Source: Escherichia phage EO1
Sequence record: OQ223305.1
Length of the DNA stretch: 64,000 nt
Reading direction: 5' to 3' (one strand)
Part shown: in pieces, positions 49,421 through 60,914 of the stretch
Position numbering within the stretch: the first letter of the stretch is position 1
Layout of the letters: each line of letters opens with the position of its first letter
Translations under genes and position numbers: made by a program
Notes under the pieces: generated by a model
What the model was told of the DNA's origin: nothing
What the model saw: only the letters and a program-made list of their open reading frames with translations
The model's database searches: none

Positions 49421-49425
49421 GGAGT

Positions 49426-49446
49426 GGGCCGCAAGGCCCATTTTAT
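49426..49446 (+). terminator. rho-independent terminator
   Basis: GGGCC-GCAA-GGCCC followed by TTTTATT. Confidence 0.65.
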
Positions 49447-49447
49447 T

Positions 49448-51035
<1,588 letters not shown>

Positions 51036-51038
51036 GCT

Positions 51039-51068
51039 GTTTACAAGTCTCTCGTGTTGTGTTACAAT
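51039..51068 (+). promoter_or_regulatory. T4-type early promoter for alc
   Basis: GTTTAC 51039-51044, 18-bp spacer, TACAAT 51063-51068. Confidence 0.6.
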
Positions 51069-51099
51069 AGTCTTACTGACATAACATGAGGACTTTATG

Positions 51100-51603
51100 A
51101 TGGATTTACAGCTTATTACTACTGAAATGGTCGTTGAAGCATACGGTGATACTACAGATGGGATTTCTGTATTTAAAGGAAATCGTCGAGTTGGATATAT
51201 CACCGATCTTAAGAAAGATTTAGCTAAGCAAGTCAAGCGGAAAACGACCATTAAAGAATATCGAAATCGTCGTCTTGAGCAAGCCCGTGATATGCTTCCT
51301 GATGCAGTTGAGGAGATGAAAGTCTTTTTAGAAAATCAACTCGCTAAGTATGATTGTGAAGTGTTTATTAATCAGACTCAACCTAATGTTCATATCAATA
51401 GCTGCAAATGCTATATCATCGTTAATCCTTTGACAGGAAAGCATCGTCTTGGAATTAGTAATCCAAATCGTAGCGCATCGGATATGGCAGAAGATGTTGC
51501 GGCGTGCTTTAAAATTTCTAAATCTCCGGCTGAACATCATATTTTAATTAACGGTCTTTCTCAAGACGATATTATAGAGGTTATTAAAACTTTATGCATG
51601 TAA
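51100..51603 (+). CDS. alc: Alc (host transcription terminator on cytosine DNA)
   Basis: 167 aa from second ATG; GAGGA RBS; between rnlA and pseT cluster. Confidence 0.75.
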   Translation: MDLQLITTEMVVEAYGDTTDGISVFKGNRRVGYITDLKKDLAKQVKRKTTIKEYRNRRLEQARDMLPDAVEEMKVFLENQLAKYDCEVFINQTQPNVHINSCKCYIIVNPLTGKHRLGISNPNRSASDMAEDVAACFKISKSPAEHHILINGLSQDDIIEVIKTLCM

Positions 51604-51947
51604 GTAATTTTACAGCTGGATTGCTATTACTTGTAATAGCATTTGGCGGAACATCTATTATTTTAAAAAATAAGGTAGAAAGATTAGAAACATCGGTTAC
51701 TGAAATTACAAAAACGGCCAATGAAAACGCTTTAGCATTAGATAATTTGCGAATTCAGTATAATTATATTGATGCGATGAATAATAAAAATCGTGAGGCA
51801 ATTGCTGCTATTGAGCGTGAAAATGAAAAACTGCGCAAAGATGCAAAGAAGGCGGATGTGGTGGCTCATAAGCCAGGATTGGTTGAAAAACAAATCAACA
51901 ACTCCTTCAACAAGTTCGCAGAAGACATCCAGGACCTTTCTAAATGA
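51594..51947 (+). CDS. i-spanin (Rz-like), PseT.3 position
   Basis: 117 aa; N-terminal TM GLLLLVIAFGGTSIIL then coiled-coil periplasmic region. Confidence 0.65.
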   Translation: MHVSNFTAGLLLLVIAFGGTSIILKNKVERLETSVTEITKTANENALALDNLRIQYNYIDAMNNKNREAIAAIERENEKLRKDAKKADVVAHKPGLVEKQINNSFNKFAEDIQDLSK

Positions 51948-52243
51948 TTAGACTATCAGCAGTAATATTATCTATCGGTCTTCTAGCTGGTTGTTCGACA
52001 AAGCCTCTAGAAGTAAAGAAAGAAACAGTTCATCCTAGTTGGCCTGTACAGATAAAGTCATATGACGAAGCTAAACTATCTTGGCAAGTTAAAGTTATTG
52101 ATGGTAAAGCTTGGGTAGGTATGCCATTTGAAGATTCTCAGGAATTTCGTATTTGGCTTAATGATGTAAAACGATATGTACATGATCAGAAAACTATGAT
52201 ATGTTATTATCGCCAAGAGTTAAAAGAGGATAAATGCAAATGA
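51944..52243 (+). CDS. o-spanin (Rz1-like lipoprotein), PseT.2 position
   Basis: 99 aa; lipoprotein signal MIRLSAVILSIGLLAGC-S; ATGA overlap with i-spanin. Confidence 0.65.
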   Translation: MIRLSAVILSIGLLAGCSTKPLEVKKETVHPSWPVQIKSYDEAKLSWQVKVIDGKAWVGMPFEDSQEFRIWLNDVKRYVHDQKTMICYYRQELKEDKCK

Positions 52244-52466
52244 TTTCATGGCATCAATTTGAACATCTCAAAGGATTGATTTATGAATCCGAGATGGCTG
52301 CAATGATTTACGGACGCCAGATTCAGCGGTTAGAATCTTTACCTCCAACTAATGATGTTTTATTAGCTCAATCACGCGCTAATCTCAAAAATGAATATCA
52401 AAATAAGTGGGGTAAAGCATCTAAAGACCTGCATGATTATATTCAATCATTGGTTGAGAAAAATAA

Positions 52467-52470
<4 letters not shown>
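52234..52470 (+). CDS. hypothetical protein, 78 aa
   Basis: ORF in track. Confidence 0.5.
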
Positions 52471-53670
<1,200 letters not shown>

Positions 53671-53671
<1 letters not shown>

Positions 53672-53868
53672 TGGCTTTACATCATGAAACTTGGGCTATT
53701 ATTATTGTAAATAGTGGTTTAGTTGGTACTAGTAATGGACAATTTTGTGTATTCACTAGTGAAATCAGAGCTTGGGAGGAATGCCTTAAATTAAGGGAAA
53801 AGAATCCTGATGTTGAACTAACAGTAAAGAAAACTAAACTGCCTTTACCATGGAAAACTTATGAATAA
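53671..53868 (+). CDS. hypothetical protein, 65 aa
   Basis: ORF in track. Confidence 0.5.
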
Positions 53869-54061
53869 CATAGAAAAGATTTATCAACTTTGTGATAAAA
53901 TTGAAAAAGAAAAGAAATATCTATTTTGTTTATGGCCTATTGTTGATGGAAGAATAGACTTAGATATTCTTGATTATGAAACAGAAGACATAGTAGATGG
54001 TTCAACTTTTGATAATGCGTTGGATGTTATTAATTGGCTTGAAGAAAATTATGTGGGGTGA
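53861..54061 (+). CDS. hypothetical protein, 66 aa
   Basis: ORF in track. Confidence 0.5.
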   Translation: MNNIEKIYQLCDKIEKEKKYLFCLWPIVDGRIDLDILDYETEDIVDGSTFDNALDVINWLEENYVG

Positions 54062-54063
54062 AT

Positions 54064-54339
54064 ATGTTTCCGACTTATTCTAAAATCGTAGAAGTAGTGT
54101 TTAGCCAAATTATCGCTAATAACATGTTTGAAAAGCTTGATAATGCAGCTGAGCTTCGAATTCATGCTCAAGTGACTCATGTATTGAACACTTTGCTTCC
54201 AGACCAGGTGGATTCTATTGCAATTACGCTGTATCCAGGTTCCGCGCATATCATTGTCGTATTCGGTCTTGATGCTGAGCTAGTCATCAAAGGCGATATT
54301 CGTTTTGAATCGCAGACATCAGAATTCAAAGCAATTTAA
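54064..54339 (+). CDS. hypothetical protein, 91 aa
   Basis: ATG 54064 (track start 54058 is GTG). Confidence 0.5.
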   Translation: MFPTYSKIVEVVFSQIIANNMFEKLDNAAELRIHAQVTHVLNTLLPDQVDSIAITLYPGSAHIIVVFGLDAELVIKGDIRFESQTSEFKAI

Positions 54340-54341
54340 TA

Positions 54342-54371
54342 GTTTACTTTACGGTAGAGTTGTGATATTAT
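54342..54371 (+). promoter_or_regulatory. T4-type early promoter with stem-loop around -10
   Basis: GTTTAC 54342-54347; GGTAGAG (54353-54359) pairs with CTCTACC (54374-54380) around TATTAT. Confidence 0.6.
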
Positions 54372-54401
54372 AGCTCTACCAAAACAAATGAGGAAATTGA
54401 A

Positions 54402-54929
54402 ATGAGCGAATGGTTTGAAGAAGATAAGGTTTATCGCTTTAAAGCTGGATATAAAGATATTTTTAATGAAACTTGCGGGGCTAATAAACGAATTGCCCAG
54501 TTTATTGGGGAAAATTCATTTAAAGTAAAAATAGATCCTGCGAAAAATGTTATTAGCATTAAACGCGAAATTGATGATTGTTGGTATAAAGCTGTTGATG
54601 TAATGGGTGAATCCTATAAAGTTAGCCCGTTATTTTCAATTGCTTATATGTTAGAATATTCTTTTTTCGAAGAAGTTCAAAAAGATGATTCTACAAGTAA
54701 ATTTGAAATTAAAGCTGATAAAGAAATTAAGTGGAAAGTAGTAGGTATTACTGGTTGTATGTTCTATATCTATGCTCAAACTGATACGAAGGAAGAAGCT
54801 AAAAAGAAAGCTCTAGAATATCTTGAAGAGTATGAAGAAGGCCCGGTAATGATTACCCAAGATGCCGAATTAGTTTCTGTCAAATTAGTTAAAAACGTTG
54901 AAAGTAAGGAGCTGGGATCAACATGCTAA
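54402..54929 (+). CDS. hypothetical protein, 175 aa
   Basis: ORF in track; GAGGAAA RBS. Confidence 0.55.
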   Translation: MSEWFEEDKVYRFKAGYKDIFNETCGANKRIAQFIGENSFKVKIDPAKNVISIKREIDDCWYKAVDVMGESYKVSPLFSIAYMLEYSFFEEVQKDDSTSKFEIKADKEIKWKVVGITGCMFYIYAQTDTKEEAKKKALEYLEEYEEGPVMITQDAELVSVKLVKNVESKELGSTC

Positions 54930-55159
54930 GTGAAAAACCAATTACTACTAAAGAATTCCAAGAAAAAGTTAAACTATTTGCTCAGGAATTGGTAAATAAG
55001 GTTTCTGAACGATTTCCTGAAACATCGGTTCGTGTTATTACCGAAACTCCTCGTTCAGTATTAGTAATTGTGAATCCAGGTGATGGTGACCAAATAACAC
55101 ATCTTAAACTGGATTTTGATGGATTAGTTGAAGCACAAAGGGTGTATGGCGTACTATGA
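54923..55159 (+). CDS. hypothetical protein, 78 aa
   Basis: ORF in track. Confidence 0.5.
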   Translation: MLSEKPITTKEFQEKVKLFAQELVNKVSERFPETSVRVITETPRSVLVIVNPGDGDQITHLKLDFDGLVEAQRVYGVL

Positions 55160-55494
55160 TGAATTTAACTGATATAATTGATAATTGTCTTGAAAATGAT
55201 ACTGGCGATCATAGAGCGCTTGATTCTGAAACAGCACAGTTCATTAGAATAACTTTGATGAACGATACTCTAGTGAATAGTATTCATCCTTCTGTGTATG
55301 ATGCTATTATTGTGACGAAGTATCCAGTTGAGCTTCACAAAAAGATGGCTGGTGCAATTTTTATTGATAAGAAAAACCGCTTTAAAGATGGGCAGAATAT
55401 AATTAGTTCTGTTATTAAAAGTATAACTAAACTTCGTCACGAAATTTATCGTGTTGAAACTGCTAAATCTGCTTATCTGGTGATTATGAAATGA
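55156..55494 (+). CDS. hypothetical protein, 112 aa
   Basis: ORF in track; ATGA overlaps. Confidence 0.55.
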   Translation: MMNLTDIIDNCLENDTGDHRALDSETAQFIRITLMNDTLVNSIHPSVYDAIIVTKYPVELHKKMAGAIFIDKKNRFKDGQNIISSVIKSITKLRHEIYRVETAKSAYLVIMK

Positions 55495-56072
55495 AAGCGA
55501 GTACAGTACTTCAAATTGCATATTTAGTATCACAAGAATCAAAATGTTGCTCCTGGAAGGTAGGAGCAGTAATTGAAAAGAATGGACGTATTATTTCTAC
55601 CGGATATAACGGTTCTCCGGCAGGTGGTGTGAACTGTTGTGATTATGCTGCTGAGCAAGGTTGGTTGTTGAATAAACCTAAACATACTATCATTCAAGGA
55701 CATAAGCCCGAATGTGTATCGTTTGGTTCAACTGATCGTTTTGTTTTGGCGAAAGAACACCGCAGCGCTCACTCTGAATGGTCGTCTAAAAATGAAATTC
55801 ATGCTGAACTAAATGCGATTTTGTTTGCTGCGCGAAATGGTTCTTCAATTGAAGGTGCTACTATGTATGTAACACTTTCTCCTTGCCCAGATTGTGCAAA
55901 AGCGATAGCTCAATCTGGTATTAAAAAGCTAGTTTATTGCGAAACATACGATAAAAATAAACCTGGCTGGGATGATATTCTGCGAAATGCGGGTATTGAA
56001 GTGTTTAATGTTCCTAAGAAAAACTTGAATAAGTTAAACTGGGAAAATATCAACGAATTCTGTGGTGAATAA
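55491..56072 (+). CDS. cd: dCMP deaminase
   Basis: 193 aa; zinc motifs HAELNA and PCPDCA. Confidence 0.9.
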   Translation: MKASTVLQIAYLVSQESKCCSWKVGAVIEKNGRIISTGYNGSPAGGVNCCDYAAEQGWLLNKPKHTIIQGHKPECVSFGSTDRFVLAKEHRSAHSEWSSKNEIHAELNAILFAARNGSSIEGATMYVTLSPCPDCAKAIAQSGIKKLVYCETYDKNKPGWDDILRNAGIEVFNVPKKNLNKLNWENINEFCGE

Positions 56073-56308
56073 TGAAATTTCGTTTGGTACAACTCACAGC
56101 AATTAGTTCTTATTCTAACGAGAACATTTCATTTGCTGTAGAGTATAAGAAATATTTTTTCTCTAAATGGAAGCAGTATTATAAGTCAGAATGGGTTTGT
56201 ATTGATAGACCGTATAGTTGGAAATCTGATTTAGAAAAATGCCAAAAATTGCTTTCCACTCTTAAAGAACGTGGAACAACCCATATTAAAACTGTGATAG
56301 GTAAATAA
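56072..56308 (+). CDS. hypothetical protein, 78 aa
   Basis: ORF in track. Confidence 0.5.
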   Translation: MKFRLVQLTAISSYSNENISFAVEYKKYFFSKWKQYYKSEWVCIDRPYSWKSDLEKCQKLLSTLKERGTTHIKTVIGK

Positions 56309-56617
56309 ATGAAACTGACGACTGAGCAAAAAGTAGCAATTCGTGAAATTTTGAAAACTAAATTGTCCATGGGTATTTCAAATGTAGTTTTTGAAAAGTC
56401 TGATGGTACTATTCGTACTATGAAAGGCACTCGTGATGCAGACTTTATGCCAACCATGCAAACCGGTAAATTGACTGAATCTACTCGGAAAGAATCTACT
56501 GATATGATTCCGGTATTTGATGTTGAGCTTGGTGCATGGCGAGGTTTTTCTATTGACAAATTGATTTCAGTTAATGGCATGAAAGTTGAGCATTTGCTTC
56601 AATTTATTGGTAAATAA
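56309..56617 (+). CDS. hypothetical protein, 102 aa
   Basis: ORF in track. Confidence 0.55.
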   Translation: MKLTTEQKVAIREILKTKLSMGISNVVFEKSDGTIRTMKGTRDADFMPTMQTGKLTESTRKESTDMIPVFDVELGAWRGFSIDKLISVNGMKVEHLLQFIGK

Positions 56618-56673
56618 ATGCTTTAAGAATTATTTGTTATTATTAATTCATCTGTTAACAAAAAGGAAAAACG

Positions 56674-57009
56674 ATGTCTGAAGTACAACAGCTACCAATT
56701 CGTGCTGTCGGTGAATATGTTATTTTAGTTTCTGAACCTGCACAAGCCGGTGATGAAGAAGTTACAGAATCAGGACTTATTATCGGTAAACGTGTTCAAG
56801 GTGAAGTTCCTGAACTGTGTGTAATTCACTCTGTTGGTCCTGATGTTCCTGAAGGTTTCTGTGAAGTTGGTGATTTGACTTCTCTTCCAGTTGGTCAAAT
56901 TCGAAACGTTCCGCATCCTTTTGTAGCCCTAGGTCTTAAGCAGCCAAAAGAAATTAAACAAAAATTTGTTACCTGTCACTATAAAGCTATTCCGTGTCTT
57001 TATAAGTGA
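56674..57009 (+). CDS. 31: co-chaperonin gp31 (GroES-like)
   Basis: 111 aa; [47 protein letters not shown] recognised as T4 gp31. Confidence 0.9.
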   Translation: MSEVQQLPIRAVGEYVILVSEPAQAGDEEVTESGLIIGKRVQGEVPELCVIHSVGPDVPEGFCEVGDLTSLPVGQIRNVPHPFVALGLKQPKEIKQKFVTCHYKAIPCLYK

Positions 57010-57135
57010 TATAAATAATAATATGAATTGAGTTTCAATTCTATGTGGTAGTCTACAACTGAGAGATCTGTCGAAAGAAGATGAAATTCAGAAGAACGTG
57101 ACTACCGAGTTTTAATCTCTAACGAGAATTTTTAA

Positions 57136-57384
57136 ATGATTAAACAATTACAACACGCTCTTGAACTGCAACGAAACGCATGGAATAATGGTCACGAAAA
57201 CTATGGCGCATCTATTGATGTTGAAGCCGAAGCTCTTGAAATCCTGCGTTATTTCAAACATCTGAATCCTGCTCAAACTGCATTAGCTGCTGAGCTTCAG
57301 GAAAAAGATGAACTTAAATATGCTAAGCCTCTGGCTTCTGCCGCACGAAAAGCAGTTCGTCACTTTGTGGTAACACTGAAGTAA
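57136..57384 (+). CDS. rIII: lysis-inhibition accessory protein RIII
   Basis: 82 aa, same length and position as T4 rIII. Confidence 0.8.
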   Translation: MIKQLQHALELQRNAWNNGHENYGASIDVEAEALEILRYFKHLNPAQTALAAELQEKDELKYAKPLASAARKAVRHFVVTLK

Positions 57385-57578
57385 TTTATTGGAGATTCAC
57401 TGCCTTAGTGTGAGCTAAAATCGAGGAGCCGTCGAACTTTGTTTTACGGTGTACCTCTTGAATGTTGACGAGGTTTATGGTTATCCTGTCGGTAAATACT
57501 CAAAACCTATGTTCCCCTTGAGGGCTTGCGCAGGCAATGCCAATAAGTCCTGCATTTTCATTTAAAAGAGAATTTATA
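57385..57578 (+). other. untranslated GC-richer region, possible structured RNA
   Basis: about 190 nt with no ORF on either strand; hairpins such as ACCTC...GAGGT (57453-57474); composition call is by eye. Confidence 0.3.
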
Positions 57579-57755
57579 ATGGCAAAACAAGTTAAAGCAA
57601 AGAAAGCAGTTGAAAAGAAAGTTGGTGATTCTAAACGCGCTGGTTACAAGCGTGGGTCGAACTCTCGTATCAATCAAACTGTTGAGAAGATCATGCGCCG
57701 AGCACGTGCGGTTCTTCGAGATGATGCTTCTCGTTTTGGTAAGCAGAAAGCATAA
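57579..57755 (+). CDS. small basic protein, 58 aa (alternative start 57537)
   Basis: MAKQVKAKKAVEKKVGDSKRAGYKRG...; AAGAG RBS-like upstream of 57579. Confidence 0.5.
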   Translation: MAKQVKAKKAVEKKVGDSKRAGYKRGSNSRINQTVEKIMRRARAVLRDDASRFGKQKA

Positions 57756-57760
57756 GTTGA

Positions 57761-57790
57761 GGACTCCTTCGGGAGTCCTTTTTTATTTTC
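57761..57790 (+). terminator. rho-independent terminator
   Basis: GGACTCC-TTCG-GGAGTCC followed by TTTTTTATTTT. Confidence 0.8.
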
Positions 57791-57808
57791 CAAAGATTGC
57801 ACAAAGTT

Positions 57809-57838
57809 GTTTACAGTATGGTTCCTTTGTGATAGTAT
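57809..57838 (+). promoter_or_regulatory. T4-type early promoter
   Basis: GTTTAC 57809-57814, 18-bp spacer, TAGTAT 57833-57838. Confidence 0.55.
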
Positions 57839-57865
57839 TATCTTACACAAACAAAGGAGAATAAA

Positions 57866-58198
57866 ATGAAAACGATTAATCTGAACGCTACAGTTAAAAC
57901 TAAATGCTTCAATGGTAAATATGATGAAACTATGTGGTTCTTAATGGCAGTTGAAGGTGATATTATTGAAGTAGAAACAACAGAAGGTATGGGAACAGAT
58001 TTCACCTTTACAATTCAAGTTCATAATTTCTTTACTGGTTGGATTTATGAATTGAATACAGTAATCGTTGGAAAAATTGAACAAAATGAATTAGGCGAAT
58101 GGTATTATGTTACAGCTCGCCAACGTGCAGAACGCTTAATTGAGAAGATGAAAAAAGTTGGTAAACTTGACATGCAGCACTGGAAAGTAGTAAAATAA
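57866..58198 (+). CDS. hypothetical protein, 110 aa
   Basis: ORF in track; AAGGAGA RBS. Confidence 0.55.
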   Translation: MKTINLNATVKTKCFNGKYDETMWFLMAVEGDIIEVETTEGMGTDFTFTIQVHNFFTGWIYELNTVIVGKIEQNELGEWYYVTARQRAERLIEKMKKVGKLDMQHWKVVK

Positions 58199-58200
58199 TT

Positions 58201-58230
58201 GTTTACTTTGGTACAGGATATGATATTATA
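58201..58230 (+). promoter_or_regulatory. T4-type early promoter with stem-loop around -10
   Basis: GTTTAC 58201-58206; GGTACAGG (58210-58217) pairs with CCTGTACC (58233-58240) around TATTAT. Confidence 0.6.
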
Positions 58231-58266
58231 TACCTGTACCGCAATTAAACATCTCGGAGAATAAAA

Positions 58267-58632
58267 ATGAACTACATTAACTTTGAACGTAAATATGTTT
58301 CTAATGGTATTGCAGGTTCTATTGATACTATCTGCCTTTGGAAACATCAAAATGGATCAGTATGCGAAATTGAACAGTATATGACTCCTAACTACGTTTA
58401 TATGCGATTTGAAAATGGCATCACGGTTTCAATCACGAAAGAAGGTTCTTCTTTTAAAATCGCATTAGATGATGATTTCCGTCAACGCGATTTAGGTACT
58501 CATCCTTGCTGGAATGGCGTCAATCGTAAGCTTCTGGTTAAAACTTGGATTCGTCATATTCTGAGTAACAGAGCTAAACCTGAGCATCTTGAAGCGATCT
58601 TTGATGTAGTTCTTAACGAATTTGATATTTAA
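58267..58632 (+). CDS. hypothetical protein, 121 aa
   Basis: ORF in track; GGAGA RBS. Confidence 0.55.
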   Translation: MNYINFERKYVSNGIAGSIDTICLWKHQNGSVCEIEQYMTPNYVYMRFENGITVSITKEGSSFKIALDDDFRQRDLGTHPCWNGVNRKLLVKTWIRHILSNRAKPEHLEAIFDVVLNEFDI

Positions 58633-58642
58633 AATAAAATGA

Positions 58643-58656
58643 GGGGCTTCGGCCCC
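58643..58656 (+). terminator. hairpin, possible terminator
   Basis: GGGGC-TTCG-GCCCC; short T tract. Confidence 0.4.
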
Positions 58657-58673
58657 TTACTGAGGAAAATACT

Positions 58674-58961
58674 ATGTTTATGACTACTTATTTTGATACC
58701 CGTAAAAATTTCTGTGAAGTGGTTTTCTCAAAGGCGCCTAAAGGCCTTCCTGCTCATTTGCAACCTACCAGTGAATCGATTAAAAACTATGTTAATGCAG
58801 TCTGCCCTTTAGAGTTCCGTACTGTAAATGGGCGTGATACTCTAGCTATCGCTAAACTCAATCGTGAAATTGACATTGACCCTTCAATTGCGCGTGAAAT
58901 TAACATTTCTGATATTGACGGCGGTAATGTTAAATCGCATGGTTTTCAGATGAGGTTCTAA
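58674..58961 (+). CDS. hypothetical protein, 95 aa
   Basis: ORF in track. Confidence 0.55.
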   Translation: MFMTTYFDTRKNFCEVVFSKAPKGLPAHLQPTSESIKNYVNAVCPLEFRTVNGRDTLAIAKLNREIDIDPSIAREINISDIDGGNVKSHGFQMRF

Positions 58962-59158
58962 TGAAATTCTTTTTGGGTCAAACTGTTGAATTAAAGGGAG
59001 TTGGTATACCTGGATTAATTTCTAAGGTTCTACCTCCATTTAAATGGAGTGGTATTCAAATAAAAGAGGCTTATATTGTTTCCTGGGTAGATGGAAATGA
59101 AGACCTTCGTATGGGTGATGAATTATCTCCTATTTACGGATTAAAGGAATTAGTATGA
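58961..59158 (+). CDS. hypothetical protein, 65 aa
   Basis: ORF in track. Confidence 0.5.
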   Translation: MKFFLGQTVELKGVGIPGLISKVLPPFKWSGIQIKEAYIVSWVDGNEDLRMGDELSPIYGLKELV

Positions 59159-59361
59159 ATATAATTAATAAGATTTTTGGAATTCAGTACATTAAGGTCA
59201 CATATAAAGTAACGTATAAAGGTCCGTATACCGATGAACATGAAGAACCACAAGTTCAGTCTATTATATTAGAAAAGGACCCTAACTGGCCAGTTGAATT
59301 TCGTCTTCCTTGCTATGGTCATTGGGCTGATGTTGAAATTATAAGTATTGAAAATGTCTGA
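59155..59361 (+). CDS. hypothetical protein, 68 aa
   Basis: ORF in track. Confidence 0.5.
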   Translation: MNIINKIFGIQYIKVTYKVTYKGPYTDEHEEPQVQSIILEKDPNWPVEFRLPCYGHWADVEIISIENV

Positions 59362-59812
59362 GCTAGAGATAAGAAGCAATTTTAAATGGCCATCATGCGC
59401 ATTAAGTAATTTCGCCCAATGGCCTTTCGTTATGGATGGTATTCAATTTGGAGGTCTCGAAGGATTCCTCCAAGGGTGTAAGGTGAAAAATGTTGAACAA
59501 CAAAGACGTATATTTGGGTTATCCGGGCTTGCCGCTCAACAAGCTGGAAGGTCTTATGCTAGAGCTCAGGATCGTGGCACGTTGTTCTGGCTTGGAGTTC
59601 CGTTTTCAAGATACTCCCCGGCGTGGAAAGAATTATACACAAATGCATATTTTGAAGCAGCGATCCAAAACAGGGGCTTTCGTGATGCATTACAAGCCTC
59701 GAAAGGAAAAGTTTTGAAGCACAGCATGGCTAGTGGTCTAACAAAAGATGATACAATACTAACCGAAGCTGAATTTATTGATGTGTTAAACCTATTAAGA
59801 GACTCTCTATGA
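59354..59812 (+). CDS. NADAR (YbiA-like, DUF1768) family protein
   Basis: 152 aa from ATG 59354; LSNFAQWPFVMDGIQF...EGFLQGCK resembles E. coli YbiA FSNFAAWPIKVDGKTW...EHYFQAQK. Confidence 0.6.
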   Translation: MSELEIRSNFKWPSCALSNFAQWPFVMDGIQFGGLEGFLQGCKVKNVEQQRRIFGLSGLAAQQAGRSYARAQDRGTLFWLGVPFSRYSPAWKELYTNAYFEAAIQNRGFRDALQASKGKVLKHSMASGLTKDDTILTEAEFIDVLNLLRDSL

Positions 59813-60645
59813 AGCCAACTATTTTAACTGATATTGATGGAGTATGTTTAAGCTGGCAATCAGGCCTTCCTTATTTTGCTCAGAAATATAATCTTCCGTT
59901 AGAACATATTTTAAAAATGATCCAAGATGAGAAATTTATTTCTCCGGGTAAACTCTTTAATTGTGACGAAGAACTTGGCGTCAAGTTAATTGAAAAATAC
60001 AATCGTTCAGATTTTATTCGTTACTTGTCTCCGTATAAAGATGCCCTGTGTGTAATTAACAAATTAAAAGAAGATTATAATTTTGTAGCTGTTACAGCAT
60101 TAGGTGATTCTATTGACGCTCTGTTGAATCGTCAATTTAATTTGAATGCTCTTTTTCCTGGTGCTTTTTCGGAAGTAATGATGTGTGGTCATGATTCTTC
60201 AAAAGAAGAGTTATTCAAAAAGGCAAAAGAGAAATATAACGTAATTTGTTATATTGACGATCTCGCTCATCACTGCGATCATGCGAGTGAAATATTAAAT
60301 GTTCCAGTTTATTGGATGGCTCGAGGGGAGCGTGATAATATTCCAAAAACTGCTCAGCGAGTTTATACATGGAATGATGTAGAAAATAAGCTTTTTTCGC
60401 CAAAGGAAAATAAAGAAAGTTTTGATAGTGAAAAAGCTATAAAAGATGTAATTGAGAAGATGGTTAAAAACGATTCTTTTCCTTGGAACACTACCTGGAG
60501 AACTCCTGGATTTAATCCTTATAATCTATATCATCCATATCAGACACATCCGTTTCAGACATGGAACTATATTAAACCCGGCGGCATAGAGTATTTGTAT
60601 AATAGACCTACTTGTGGTGATAATATTTTTCAAGGAGCATTCTAA
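59809..60645 (+). CDS. HAD-superfamily hydrolase-like protein, 278 aa
   Basis: N-terminal motif I ILTDIDGVCL (DxDG). Confidence 0.55.
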   Translation: MKPTILTDIDGVCLSWQSGLPYFAQKYNLPLEHILKMIQDEKFISPGKLFNCDEELGVKLIEKYNRSDFIRYLSPYKDALCVINKLKEDYNFVAVTALGDSIDALLNRQFNLNALFPGAFSEVMMCGHDSSKEELFKKAKEKYNVICYIDDLAHHCDHASEILNVPVYWMARGERDNIPKTAQRVYTWNDVENKLFSPKENKESFDSEKAIKDVIEKMVKNDSFPWNTTWRTPGFNPYNLYHPYQTHPFQTWNYIKPGGIEYLYNRPTCGDNIFQGAF

Positions 60646-60914
60646 TGTTTGTTGTTCATACTATTTATGAAAATGAAGGTAATACTACACGTGATTATGG
60701 ACACGTAAATCAATTTTTTAGATGCAATCCAGAATTCCGTGCTCAAAAGGATGAACGAATTTTTAAAAAATGTGTAGAACAAGGTTTCATTTACGTCAAG
60801 CACTGGATGCAAGGAAATAAAGTTAGAACTACATATCATAAGTCTTTGCCTGAGCTTAATGATGAATTGATTTATAATAGAGCTGTAAACCAAACTTTGA
60901 AGGATGAGCAATGA
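60645..60914 (+). CDS. hypothetical protein, 89 aa
   Basis: ORF in track; ATGA overlap with gene 30. Confidence 0.5.
   Translation: MFVVHTIYENEGNTTRDYGHVNQFFRCNPEFRAQKDERIFKKCVEQGFIYVKHWMQGNKVRTTYHKSLPELNDELIYNRAVNQTLKDEQ

Noticed and set aside
57463-57495. Sigma-70-like TTGACG -35 with downstream TAAATA
   Set aside because: Spacing of about 21 bp and a weak -10; not convincing as a promoter.
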